A stretch of 63,949 nucleotides of DNA, filler included, from Candidatus Woesearchaeota archaeon (GCA_018221205.1; 8 parts of 8 records of this genome joined end to end with filler, not necessarily neighbours in it); one strand, 5' to 3'. Positions 29,612 through 39,537 are shown, counted from the whole stretch's first letter. Notes: generated by a model from the sequence alone, not told the origin. Made by a program: numbers and translations.

Positions 29612-30280
29612 ATGAGAAAAATTAGAAATCTAACTCAGATAGAACCGAAATATGAATTTTATATTCTTTACGGAACAATGCTTGGAGATGGTTGCTTGAG
29701 TAGATTTGGCAAGCACCATTATGCGCTGTCCATTTCGGGTCATTTGACCGATGATTCCCCTTTTCTGAACAAAATTGCAGGAATTCTTACTAAAATCAGG
29801 GGGAAGGCAACGCCTGTTAGAAATCGGCCAAAAGAGGGAAAAGTGGAGATAAATATTGCCGATAAGGAATTGTTTACTACCTTTCAGAATCTTGGTTTTC
29901 CAGTAGGAAAAAAAGGAAATACTCTTCATATCCCCACTTTAATTAACACGGATAAATATAAATATCTAATTCAAGGCTATTTCGCTACTGATGGTTGTTT
30001 AGTGATTGCAAACAATAATGGAATAGCATATCCTAGAATTGAGTTTTCTGGAATATCTAGAAAATTGCTTGAGCAGGTACTACATTATTTAATTGATATA
30101 GGGATGCAGGGGGATTTGTATGTCAATAAAGTGTATTCTAATCATTATTTTACAAAATATCGCTTGCAGTTCAGCGGGAAGCGCAATTTGAGTGTATTCA
30201 TATCAAAAATTGGTTTTATCAATCCCAAACATGTTGAGAAGTATAGTAATTGGAAAAATGATGGCGGTGAGGGGATCTGA
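29612..30280 (+). CDS. Free-standing double-motif LAGLIDADG endonuclease (ORF open from 29552)
   Basis: ILYGTMLGDG and LIQGYFATDG motifs; FISKIGFINP; AT-rich. Confidence 0.88.
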   Translation: MRKIRNLTQIEPKYEFYILYGTMLGDGCLSRFGKHHYALSISGHLTDDSPFLNKIAGILTKIRGKATPVRNRPKEGKVEINIADKELFTTFQNLGFPVGKKGNTLHIPTLINTDKYKYLIQGYFATDGCLVIANNNGIAYPRIEFSGISRKLLEQVLHYLIDIGMQGDLYVNKVYSNHYFTKYRLQFSGKRNLSVFISKIGFINPKHVEKYSNWKNDGGEGI

Positions 30281-30395
30281 ACCCCTGACTTCTAGATAGC
30301 CCGGTTTGAGTTTGGTCATCGGCAAACGCCTCAGCACTCAAACATATGAGTATCGCCATTGTTCTAGCGCTCTAACCAGGCTGAGCTACACCGCC
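30262..30395 (-). tRNA. tRNA with CAU anticodon (probably elongator Met) carrying two introns, 30352-30363 and 30298-30344
   Basis: Stems GGCGGTG/CACCGCC, GCTC/GAGC, CTAGA/TCTAG and AGGGG/CCCCT; the loop reads CT-CAT-AA once both inserts are removed; G1-C72 argues against initiator. Confidence 0.9.
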
Positions 30396-30450
30396 ATAGT
30401 ATAAGAAGAAAATATAGTCTTTTTTAAAGTTAACTAAACAATCATTCTTT

Positions 30451-30969
30451 TCAATTGCCCATTATCGAGACAAATTGACCTTGCCCAATCAATTTTGCAA
30501 TCTCGCCAGGACTGAAAATCCTACCATTCATACAAACATGGATACCTGGCTTAAGATGGAAGATTTCTGCGATAGAATATCCTAGATTGAAAAGAGCATC
30601 CGAGCCCGCAAATGCTTCAAGTGGAATCAAAGAACCAGTCAGCAAAATCACTGCATTTTTTCTTTTGAGACGTTTCTCTAAATATCTGCCTGTATCGGGC
30701 ATGCAATATGTTCCATGCGTTACGATAAAGTATTTATCCTTTGATTTATCAATTGTTGATCTTACTTTCTCCATATCTTCAATCTTTAGATCTCTACTAT
30801 CTTTCATACATATTTGCGTATACTTTGCATCAATATGGAGTTTTAGATTCTTAAGATATTTGGGGATAATCGATTGTTTATGGGTTACGACAGTATCTTT
30901 TGTGCCGTCATAATAAGAATCAATAGTCCCTCCAGTTATGATGAAGTGGATTTTCGGATTTTTAGGCAT
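30451..30969 (-). CDS. Asparaginase N-terminal-domain protein
   Basis: TGGTID, THGT, LTGS and SDALFNL motifs. Confidence 0.88.
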   Translation of the reverse strand: MPKNPKIHFIITGGTIDSYYDGTKDTVVTHKQSIIPKYLKNLKLHIDAKYTQICMKDSRDLKIEDMEKVRSTIDKSKDKYFIVTHGTYCMPDTGRYLEKRLKRKNAVILLTGSLIPLEAFAGSDALFNLGYSIAEIFHLKPGIHVCMNGRIFSPGEIAKLIGQGQFVSIMGN

Positions 30970-31012
30970 ATATCCACTAAAACTTGATGATATAAATACT
31001 TTTCCATGCAAT

Positions 31013-31423
31013 TTATGAGAGATTTGCCTTCAACTTCTCGAGAACTTTGTCCTGTTCGCCTTCTTCATATTTCGTCGTTGACCATTCCAAATTGATCTCT
31101 GATTTGTCTTTTCTCGGTATGATATGGAAATGGACATGGGGCACGATCTGATCGGCACTAGCACCGTTATTGTTGATTATATTATAATCTGGGCCAAATG
31201 ATTCTGCGACTGCTTGCGCGACCTTCTGCACTGTCCTCATCAATGCCTCTGCATCTTCATCATCTAATTCATGGAACTTTTCCACTTGCTTTTTTGGAAT
31301 AACAAGTGTATGTCCTTTATTCACTGGTGAGATGTCAAGAAAAGCAAACGTCTTTTCGTCTTCATAGACTTTTGCACAGGGAATCTCTCCTTTCACAATC
31401 TTGGTAAAAATAGTGTCTTCCAT
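31013..31423 (-). CDS. HIT family hydrolase
   Basis: GHTLVIPK and HVHFHIIPR motifs. Confidence 0.95.
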   Translation of the reverse strand: MEDTIFTKIVKGEIPCAKVYEDEKTFAFLDISPVNKGHTLVIPKKQVEKFHELDDEDAEALMRTVQKVAQAVAESFGPDYNIINNNGASADQIVPHVHFHIIPRKDKSEINLEWSTTKYEEGEQDKVLEKLKANLS

Positions 31424-31501
31424 CTCTCTAAAGTAAGCCAACAGCATATTTAAATTTTTTCAATAGTAAACTATTTATACTCCTTTTTCTCAGAAGAGAA
31501 T

Positions 31502-32245
31502 ATGGGGAGGTTTATCTATGAGATTTCATTAATTGCTGTGCTAGTTTTCATTGTAGTCATCTTCGCCACTACAGGTGTACAGAAGGATGAAGGGGGTGAA
31601 CGGATAGACGGCGTGTATGAATACCTTTCTTTTGTCAAGAACCATCCGCAGCAATTCATGGTCGTGGTCGGCGCACATGCCCTGGATCATGAACGCGTCT
31701 ATGGAGAGAAGATCGCTGGCTTTTTAGGGACGAGAATAAAGCGGGCAGATAGTGTAGAATCAAGACAGCACCTCATCTTAGTGGGGAATCCTTCCACTAA
31801 CCTGCTTCTCGACAAGCTCATCACTAGTTATCCAAAAGGATCTTCTTTGCACGTACGGGGCAATAACCTTTTCATCTTCCTCAATGATGAGCAAGAGGCG
31901 CAAGTCTTAAGCGAGGTCATCGAGAATTTTGTGGGTGAGAGAAACCAGCTTTCTCCGAGCACCGTGAGAGTAGGCTTGGAAAAGATATTGAATGTCCTTG
32001 GAGTGATCATCGTCCTCATACCGTTATTCATCTTTCTTTTTGAGCGATTACGGAAAAGGCCGCTGCATGAAGACAGAGAAGACGACGAACGCTACAAGAT
32101 GCAAGTGCTGATGCGATATATCAAGAAATATGAGGAAGAAGGGCATTCTGAGGAGCAGATCAAGGAATGGCTCATGAAATTTGATTATCAGGAAGAGTTG
32201 ATCAATCGTTCGTTAGATGAGCTGCACGCTATTCAAAAAGAGTGA
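31502..32245 (+). CDS. Membrane-anchored protein with an S-layer-like extracellular domain
   Basis: N-terminal TM, LILVGNPSTN motif, second TM, helical cytoplasmic tail. Confidence 0.6.
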   Translation: MGRFIYEISLIAVLVFIVVIFATTGVQKDEGGERIDGVYEYLSFVKNHPQQFMVVVGAHALDHERVYGEKIAGFLGTRIKRADSVESRQHLILVGNPSTNLLLDKLITSYPKGSSLHVRGNNLFIFLNDEQEAQVLSEVIENFVGERNQLSPSTVRVGLEKILNVLGVIIVLIPLFIFLFERLRKRPLHEDREDDERYKMQVLMRYIKKYEEEGHSEEQIKEWLMKFDYQEELINRSLDELHAIQKE

Positions 32246-32981
32246 GCAGCACCATCATACCGATGCCTAAAAGAAGCCAGGCGAACTGCTGAAAATTCTT
32301 CTTCACTGAATCTGAATCTTTCTTCAGCTCTGGAATGAGGTCAGAGCCAGCTATATAGATGAAGCCGCCTGCAGTGATGGGAATAAGGGCTATGGTCAGG
32401 CCCTGCACTTTCGTGCCGAGAGAGAGCACAATGACTGCCCCTAAAAGGGCACTCAATCCAGAGAGGAAATTGAAGACCAACGCCTTTGTCTTCGAATAGC
32501 CCGCATGGACCAACACTCCGAAATCACCGATCTCTTGGGGAATCTCGTGCAGCATGACTGCAAATGTCGTGGCTATGCCGATGGGGACTGCTGCAAGATA
32601 GGCGGCAGCGATGATCATGCCGTCTATCAGATTATGGAAACCGTCTCCGATAAGATTCATCATGCCGAATGGGTGAGGATGCCCTTTGGAAGTGGGGATA
32701 TGGCAATGACGCCAATGGATGAATTTCTCAAGGATGAAGAAGAGGATAATGCCTAGGAGAATATAGAGGGAGAGGGCCAATCCTACTCCTAATTCTTTAG
32801 CTGCCTTGGGAATGAGGTGGATAAAAGCGCCTCCGAACAATGAACCTGCAGAGAAGCTCACCATGAAGAGAAGGATCTTATTCAATTTAGATTTCTTCAC
32901 AGCCATAGTGATGACGCCGATAAGAGAGATCAAGCTCACTACCATGACACTCGAGATTGCGTATATCCACTCATGAACCAT
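32229..32981 (-). CDS. ZIP family metal transporter
   Basis: HWRHCH, GDGFHNLIDG and HEIPQEIGDF motifs. Confidence 0.93.
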   Translation of the reverse strand: MVHEWIYAISSVMVVSLISLIGVITMAVKKSKLNKILLFMVSFSAGSLFGGAFIHLIPKAAKELGVGLALSLYILLGIILFFILEKFIHWRHCHIPTSKGHPHPFGMMNLIGDGFHNLIDGMIIAAAYLAAVPIGIATTFAVMLHEIPQEIGDFGVLVHAGYSKTKALVFNFLSGLSALLGAVIVLSLGTKVQGLTIALIPITAGGFIYIAGSDLIPELKKDSDSVKKNFQQFAWLLLGIGMMVLLTLFE

Positions 32982-33006
32982 GGCCTGATAGAACTCTTGC
33001 TAGTAT

Positions 33007-33681
33007 TTATATGTTAGCTTCCTGGATGAGATATGCTCCTGTTCTTGCGTCTTCCATCACTACTGAAGCTTTCTTGATCAAGAGCTTTTTTTTGAATAAA
33101 GGACAATCCAAGACAAGAGATTCAAACTCTCCTCCTTCTCCGGCTATATTGATCTTATACTGCTTATGCAATTGAACAAGTGCATCTATGTCTTTTTCAG
33201 TCATGATCCGGCCAAGCCATGATGCATCAAGGCCATCGGCCGCTACCTTGGTCAGGATTACAGAAAAGCCTTCTTTCAATAATTCTCTCATCTCCTGCTC
33301 CTGCTCCATTCCCCATAAAGGAGAGATCATCTTAAGTTTCAGATCATCGCAGATCCTCTCAATCCTCTCTTTCTGATATTGAGAATGCAATGCTCCTGTT
33401 ATGATGCCCTCTATCTTATGCTCTTCAATCGCTTTCTGGATCAGTATCTTCAATTCGTTCAATTCTTTCTCTTTCTCTCCTTTGGTGAGGCCCCATACTA
33501 ATGGAAGGGCCATTGATTCTGCCTGCAGCTCTACAAGGTGGATATTAGGGGTGTGAAACATATAAGAATCAGGATTTTCAGATCTCATCGAAAGCACACA
33601 TATTATCTCATTCTCTTTGGAGGCTTTATACAATGCATAGATGGAATCTTTGCCTCCTGATACTAATGCCCCTAATCTCAT
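33007..33681 (-). CDS. Diphthine-ammonia ligase (Dph6 family)
   Basis: SGGKDS, SYMFH and GEGGEFES motifs. Confidence 0.9.
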   Translation of the reverse strand: MRLGALVSGGKDSIYALYKASKENEIICVLSMRSENPDSYMFHTPNIHLVELQAESMALPLVWGLTKGEKEKELNELKILIQKAIEEHKIEGIITGALHSQYQKERIERICDDLKLKMISPLWGMEQEQEMRELLKEGFSVILTKVAADGLDASWLGRIMTEKDIDALVQLHKQYKINIAGEGGEFESLVLDCPLFKKKLLIKKASVVMEDARTGAYLIQEANI

Positions 33682-34493
33682 CGTAGACTCTCCAGATAAT
33701 CTTTTTTGTATCTATATCCATTTCTTTTTGCTAATCGGAGTATGGCTCTATCAAATTTAGAGCCGTATTGGGCTGCTTTTTTCTTCCTTTCTGCAATCTC
33801 CTTCGGAATGCCCATCTCTTCTGCTATCTTCCTCAGAGGAACCTTCTTCAGGCCATCTTTTATCTTTTCGCTGCCTTCAATAGCCATTGCTTCGACGATA
33901 ACTTCTTGATCGAGAAAAGGCACTAAGAACGTAACACCCAATGCTTTTGAGATAGCATTGTCTCGCAGCATATCTCTTTCATACATATTGACTAATCCTT
34001 TCCAGCACTCTTCATTGATATCTTTTGATTCTTCATGCCGCTGATAGCCAGCAAAGATCTCCTCGCTGCCAAGTCCGGAGAATAATAAAGGAGTGTTGTC
34101 TTTCAGGGCAAGTTCTGCTGCTGCACTGATGGTGCTGCCGACTCCCACCTGCATGACATCTGCACTACCAAGCATCTTGACTGTTTTTCTTATTATCTCT
34201 TCTGCTTCATCAAGCGAAAATATCCTTTTCTTCAATTGCAGATCCAATTCCTTTGCAACTTTCTCTGCCTCAATGATATCTTCACTGTTTTCGAGGCCCA
34301 CACAATAGCACGTAAATGACTTTCCTAGCTGTTTGCATACAAAGGCGATAAAAGTGGAGTCTATGCCGCCTGAAAACAGCACACCATATCTCTCAGAAGG
34401 GATCATCTTTGTAATGGCATTATTCAGACTCTCTTTCAGGGTTCCGGCTGCTTTTTTCTTCTGAAGATCCTCTATATGCTTCTTCCATTCCAT
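33678..34493 (-). CDS. Asparagine synthase C-terminal-domain protein (no glutaminase domain)
   Basis: FSGGIDS, SGLGSEEIFAGY, PFLD and KKAAQYGS motifs. Confidence 0.88.
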   Translation of the reverse strand: MEWKKHIEDLQKKKAAGTLKESLNNAITKMIPSERYGVLFSGGIDSTFIAFVCKQLGKSFTCYCVGLENSEDIIEAEKVAKELDLQLKKRIFSLDEAEEIIRKTVKMLGSADVMQVGVGSTISAAAELALKDNTPLLFSGLGSEEIFAGYQRHEESKDINEECWKGLVNMYERDMLRDNAISKALGVTFLVPFLDQEVIVEAMAIEGSEKIKDGLKKVPLRKIAEEMGIPKEIAERKKKAAQYGSKFDRAILRLAKRNGYRYKKDYLESLR

Positions 34494-34525
34494 ATGCTAT
34501 TGGATCTGAGAATTCTTTAAAAAGC

Positions 34526-34738
34526 TTAGTGCCACTTCCTGAAGAGATATACCAGGACAAGAGCATAGCCGATGATGAACGTAAAGAGGGCAGTGACCAT
34601 GCCGCTGATGCTGCCAGGACTCAACCTGATATCGGGATTGGCGCTCTGCAGGTCCAGTATAAGGACACCCATCCAGACGAACGCAAGGAACAGCGGAGCC
34701 ATCAAAGTCACTTTTTCTGATGTGTTTTTGAGCTTCAT
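34526..34738 (-). CDS. Small 2-TM membrane protein
   Basis: Two hydrophobic helices and a TATA box upstream. Confidence 0.55.
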   Translation of the reverse strand: MKLKNTSEKVTLMAPLFLAFVWMGVLILDLQSANPDIRLSPGSISGMVTALFTFIIGYALVLVYLFRKWH

Positions 34739-34773
34739 ATCCTTGCTAGAATCTAGAAATATTTAAAGATTGC

Positions 34774-35505
34774 CTATTTCATGAAGTTTCTTATGGTCTC
34801 TGCGGCAAATGAGCTCTTGAACCACAAGGCAATCTCTTTATCAGGAGTGACGTCATGCTGAGAGGTGAAAATGAGCAATTGATCATCGGCTGCCACACAT
34901 CTCATCTTTGGAGAGGCCTTGACGAACGCGATGTTCTTCATCTTCTGGCTGTCGACAGGCGCATGAATCGTGATAGGGACTTTTGGGGAGGCTTTTTTCA
35001 GTATCTTACTCTTCCTTTTCATCCCTTCTTTTGTTGTGTGGATGACGATGCTATCAGAAGCACCCGTAAACATCTCTTTCAGGAAGAGGTTGATATTATG
35101 CTTTCCTACTAATGCAGTGGAGATCTGATCATTATTGATATAGGTGATGCCAGTGTCATACAGGCTCTTCAGCTCCTTAAAGACCTCTGTGTTCTGGAAC
35201 TCATCAAAGAGAGCGATCATCCTCTTCTCTTCGATTCTAGCCTGCTTCTTGAGCGTCTCCAGCACCTCTTCAGGAGGGATGGAGATATACTTGATCGGCT
35301 TTCCGATCTTCATGAAGACAAATCCTTTCTTCTCTAAAGTCTCAAGGACATCGTAGCATCGTGATCTTGGCACTCCAGAAATCTCAGCCAATTCGCCGGC
35401 TGAAGAGATCCCTCTTGATAAGAGTGAAGTATATATCTTAGTCTCGTAGATATTCAGATTGACTGTATTTTTAAGCTTCTCTATGGTTGATTTCTTGATT
35501 GCCAT
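34774..35505 (-). CDS. TrmB family transcriptional regulator
   Basis: LNIYETKIY and SGVPRSRCYDVLETLEKKG motifs. Confidence 0.92.
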   Translation of the reverse strand: MAIKKSTIEKLKNTVNLNIYETKIYTSLLSRGISSAGELAEISGVPRSRCYDVLETLEKKGFVFMKIGKPIKYISIPPEEVLETLKKQARIEEKRMIALFDEFQNTEVFKELKSLYDTGITYINNDQISTALVGKHNINLFLKEMFTGASDSIVIHTTKEGMKRKSKILKKASPKVPITIHAPVDSQKMKNIAFVKASPKMRCVAADDQLLIFTSQHDVTPDKEIALWFKSSFAAETIRNFMK

Positions 35506-35568
35506 GCTGTGAGTAAAACCACTCTACCTTTAAAAAGCTTTCTGTTTGTAACCACTCTTTAGTAGAAA

Positions 35569-36537
35569 TTATCTTCTTTTAACTATGATCACCATGACCA
35601 AGATGGCGAGAACGATAAGGATCAATAGGAAGAGGAGCAGGAGAAGCTGGGGTGCTGCAGATTCCGCTGTCTTCTTTGAAGCAACAGGAGCAGTCTTTGC
35701 AGAGGTTTTTGTTGATTCTTTGACTGTCTGGGGTTTCTCAACTTTTCCATTTATATCCTGGACAATGATCTCTTCTCCACAATTGATTAAAAGTGCAGGT
35801 ATTTCTGTGTCAATACGCGTGCCTTCACCATACGCGACCCTGATCTCAAATTCTGCCTTGCCTGAGGCTTCAGTGGGGATGAGTATAGGGAATCTTTTCC
35901 GATAGACATCATCACCAGGGTAGGCTTCCAGAGCAACGCCGCGTTCAACCAAGAATCCAATGTCCTTGTTCTCAATGGAGAGGGTGATCTCTTCATCGCT
36001 CAGTCCTATGTTGAACAGGTCGAGATCAAGGGTAGCGACCTCACCACAATTGACACTTTTTTGCGTAAACTCGGCTTTTTCAAAGTAGAGATTATGCCTT
36101 TCTTTTTCGATATTGATCTGGAATTCTTCTGTCAGTGAGAATGAAGAGCCTGCTTCATCTGCTTCTATATCTATGACTGCAGTATAGGAATCAGCTTCAA
36201 TCCTTATGGGGACAGTGAAGCTAAAAGGAAGATTCTTTTTCCTTGTCGGATTGAGATCAAAATCATCAAAATCTTCATCAACATCCTGATCGAAGAGATC
36301 ATCAATCGCGAGTATGGCATCAATATCAGTTATTTCCTCATCTTCATTGTTTCGGTCTTTGTTTCTGTTCTCTATCTGGATGAACATATCAACTTCTTCA
36401 CCAGGTACGACATCGATATTACCATAGAATCTCACTAGATCATCGGTCTGCTTATAGATCCTGACATCAAGGTTGTCTGCAGAGGCAACGCTAGCGAGAA
36501 TTACTACTATGGTTATAAAAATAAATGCCCCCTTCAT
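35569..36537 (-). CDS. Acidic cell-surface protein with Ig-like domains and a C-terminal TM anchor
   Basis: Signal peptide, beta-rich acidic body, Cys pair, linker, TM followed by KRR. Confidence 0.75.
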   Translation of the reverse strand: MKGAFIFITIVVILASVASADNLDVRIYKQTDDLVRFYGNIDVVPGEEVDMFIQIENRNKDRNNEDEEITDIDAILAIDDLFDQDVDEDFDDFDLNPTRKKNLPFSFTVPIRIEADSYTAVIDIEADEAGSSFSLTEEFQINIEKERHNLYFEKAEFTQKSVNCGEVATLDLDLFNIGLSDEEITLSIENKDIGFLVERGVALEAYPGDDVYRKRFPILIPTEASGKAEFEIRVAYGEGTRIDTEIPALLINCGEEIIVQDINGKVEKPQTVKESTKTSAKTAPVASKKTAESAAPQLLLLLFLLILIVLAILVMVIIVKRR

Positions 36538-36579
36538 ACATGCTTAAAATGAAGGATTTTATATAAATGTTGCTATTAT

Positions 36580-37134
36580 TCAATGGTATCTTTTGGCCAG
36601 AAAATGGGAAATTCCCTTTAGCAGAGACTCAGTCTCTAAATGAGGATTGTCTACCACCCAATTATAGAGTACTGGAGAGATCAAGGCAGCTAAGATGACA
36701 TTTCCTGTCAAATGGATGAGCGTGTAAGGAATCTGTCCTAGGAGAGTAAGCATAAATGTCTGCTTGAACACCAGCATACCTACACCAAAGCCAGTTATGA
36801 CATCATAGATGATCGTACTTATCACTGCAAATCCCACATAGTTGCCTATGGAGCTTTTTCTTTTCTTCAGATAGAGTCCTGAGAGGATCCCTAATAGGCC
36901 ATAGGTTCCTGCAGTGAAGAAGGACCAGGGGCCATAGAGTCCTGTAATAAAATCATATGCTAAGATAGATGCTACTGAGAAAAGCAATCCTGCGAGCCAG
37001 CCCCACCTCTTGGAGAAAGGCATCATGGTGGCCATTATAGGTTCGACATTCTGAGGGCCGGGAATCAAGCGTAAAAGGATGACTGTCACCAATCCGATGA
37101 GATATTTGAAGATATTCTTGGGTCTTTTCATCAT
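36580..37134 (-). CDS. ECF transporter S-component-like membrane protein
   Basis: RLIPGPQNVEPI and GQIPYTLIHLTGN motifs; 5-6 TM. Confidence 0.7.
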   Translation of the reverse strand: MMKRPKNIFKYLIGLVTVILLRLIPGPQNVEPIMATMMPFSKRWGWLAGLLFSVASILAYDFITGLYGPWSFFTAGTYGLLGILSGLYLKKRKSSIGNYVGFAVISTIIYDVITGFGVGMLVFKQTFMLTLLGQIPYTLIHLTGNVILAALISPVLYNWVVDNPHLETESLLKGISHFLAKRYH

Positions 37135-37184
37135 AAAGCCTATTTTTAGGAACATTTATAAAATTACTTTTTCTGCATAGAGGT

Positions 37185-38075
37185 ATGATTATCATCGGCT
37201 GTTCTCATGGAAAGCATCTTGCTAAGAAGATCGCCAAAAAAGCAGGCCGACCCTATTCTGAGCTTTTGGTAAAGAAATTTCCTGATAATGAATTATGGGT
37301 GAAGATCCAGGCTAAAGATGTGAAACGCAAGAAATGCGTCTTAGTGCAGAGCTTTTATGGGGAGGTAGACTCTTGCCTTATTGAGGTGATGTTTGCTGCA
37401 CAGACCCTGCATGAGATGGGAGCTAGCTCTGTTTCGTTGATGGCACCGTTCTTTCCTTATATGCGCCAGGATAAGATGTTTACCCATGGAGAGGTCGCTT
37501 CTATCCATGTTCTGGGAGAGATATTAAGCAAATTCCTTGATGAAGTGTATATCCTTGATCCTCACTTGCATCGGGAGAAGACTTTGGGGCATATCTTTCA
37601 AGTATCTGCTCATCGTCTTACTGCTAATCCCCTTATCGGTGAGTATATCAAGAAACATATTCCAAATGCATTGATTGTCGGGCCTGATTGGGAGAGCTAT
37701 AAATGGGCGCGCAAGACTGCTGAGCTTATCGGCTGCGAAAGCACGATTTTATTGAAAGAGAGGCATTCTGCACGTAAAGTGTCTGTCCGTTTCCAGGAGA
37801 AAGTTGATGTCAAGGACAAGAACATCGTTTTAGTGGATGACATGATCTCGACGGGAAATACGCTTCTGAAGACCATCATCGCCCTTAAGAAACTGGGAGT
37901 GGAGAAAGTGATTTGCATAGCTATCCACGGCATCTTTGTTGAACAGGCCTTAGAGAAATTGCAGAAAGTGTCTACTGTCATCACCTCTAATTCTCTTCCT
38001 AATAAAGTTGCTAAAATAGATGTCTCTTGGCTGTTCGCGCAGAAGATTGCGCATGATAAAGTGTATAAGAAGTAA
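37185..38075 (+). CDS. prs: Ribose-phosphate pyrophosphokinase
   Basis: FPDNE, PYMRQDK and VDDMISTG motifs. Confidence 0.93.
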   Translation: MIIIGCSHGKHLAKKIAKKAGRPYSELLVKKFPDNELWVKIQAKDVKRKKCVLVQSFYGEVDSCLIEVMFAAQTLHEMGASSVSLMAPFFPYMRQDKMFTHGEVASIHVLGEILSKFLDEVYILDPHLHREKTLGHIFQVSAHRLTANPLIGEYIKKHIPNALIVGPDWESYKWARKTAELIGCESTILLKERHSARKVSVRFQEKVDVKDKNIVLVDDMISTGNTLLKTIIALKKLGVEKVICIAIHGIFVEQALEKLQKVSTVITSNSLPNKVAKIDVSWLFAQKIAHDKVYKK

Positions 38076-38081
38076 TTTCTA

Positions 38082-38114
38082 GGTGTCTACAACTGTGAAT
38101 TTTTTGTAGACACC
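38082..38114. repeat. Perfect 11-bp inverted repeat (terminator, operator or element remnant)
   Basis: GGTGTCTACAA-N11-TTGTAGACACC. Confidence 0.6.
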
Positions 38115-38165
38115 CCTATACTTATCCATAAACTATATATATTAGGACGGGCAGATGGGAGTTAC

Positions 38166-39437
38166 ATGAGCATCTTCAAAGCATATGATGTCAGAGGAGT
38201 GTATCCTGATCAGATCAATGAAGAATTGATGGAGAAGATCGGAAGAGCATTTGCTGATTTCATCCCTGGCATGAGGATTGCTGTCGGGCATGATATGAGA
38301 ACTTCTGGACCTCAATTGTTTGAGGCTTTTTGCAAAGGAGTGATGAAGCAAGGCAAGAACGTGATTGATTTCGGTCTGACTTCTACACCGATGAGCTATT
38401 TTGCCTGCAACCATCTTGAAGCGGATGGGTGTGCTATGATCACTGCTTCCCATAATCCTAAAGAGTATAATGGCGTCAAATTCACCCGTGAGAAAGCAAT
38501 CCCCATCTCCGGAGATACGGGCATAAAAGAGATTGAGGAGAAAGTGAGGGGTGATGATTTTAAACGAGTGGATAAGATGGGCAGCATCATCAAGGCAGAG
38601 GTAAAAGCGGAGTATAAGAAGCATCTGCTCTCTTTTGTCAAGGATATCAATGAATTAGATGTCGTTGTTGATTGCGCCAACGGCATGGGCAGCCAGGATT
38701 ATTCTTTGATCAAGGATGATATCTCTGTCAAGACAATTCCTCTCTTCTTTGATATCGACGGTACTTTTCCTAATCATGACGCTAACCCCATGAAAGAGGG
38801 TGCGATGGACCAGTTACGCGAAACAGTCATCAAAGAGCAGAGCGATTTAGGCATAGCATTTGATGGCGATGCAGATCGGGTGTTTTTTGTAGACGATACT
38901 GGAAATATAGTGGATTCCGGCTTTATCACTGCGTTAATCGCAGAAGAGATGCTGAAAGGCAATCCTCAAGCGACCATTCTCTATGATCTCCGAAGCAGCT
39001 GGATCGTGCCTGAGAAGATACTTGAATATGAAGGCAAGCCAGTAGAATGCAGAGTGGGGCATTCATTCATCAAAGCGCAGATGAGAAAGTATGATGCTTT
39101 TTTTGCTGGTGAGCTTTCTGGACATTTCTATTTCAAAGATAATTTCTATACTGATTCTGGCATCATGACTGCCATCTGGGTACTTAATCTGCTTTCTGCA
39201 TCAAAGAAGAAGTTCTCTGAATTGATTTCTCCGATGAGGAAGTATTTTGCCTCTGGCGAGATCAACTCTAAAGTCTCTGATAAGGATGCGAAGATGAAGG
39301 AATTGGTCTCTAAGTATAAGGATGGCAATGTTTCTTATCTGGACGGTATCAAGATTGTCTTTGATGATTGGTGGTTCAATGTACGTCCTTCCAATACTGA
39401 GCCGTTATTACGTCTTAATCTCGAAGCTACATCAGAA
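38166..39437 (+). CDS. Phosphomannomutase/phosphoglucomutase, truncated by the gap
   Basis: FKAYDVRG, TASHNP, FDGDADR, GELSGH and RPSNTEP motifs. Confidence 0.95.
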
Positions 39438-39537
39438 NNNNNNNNNNNNNNNNNNNNNNNNNNNNNNNNNNNNNNNNNNNNTTAATTAATTAANNNNNNN
39501 NNNNNNNNNNNNNNNNNNNNNNNNNNNNNNNNNNNNN

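Noticed and set aside
30262..30395. Single-intron tRNA with anticodon AAT
   Set aside because: It would need A32-C33 instead of pyrimidine-U33 and gives no splice motif; the two-intron CAU model fits both junctions.
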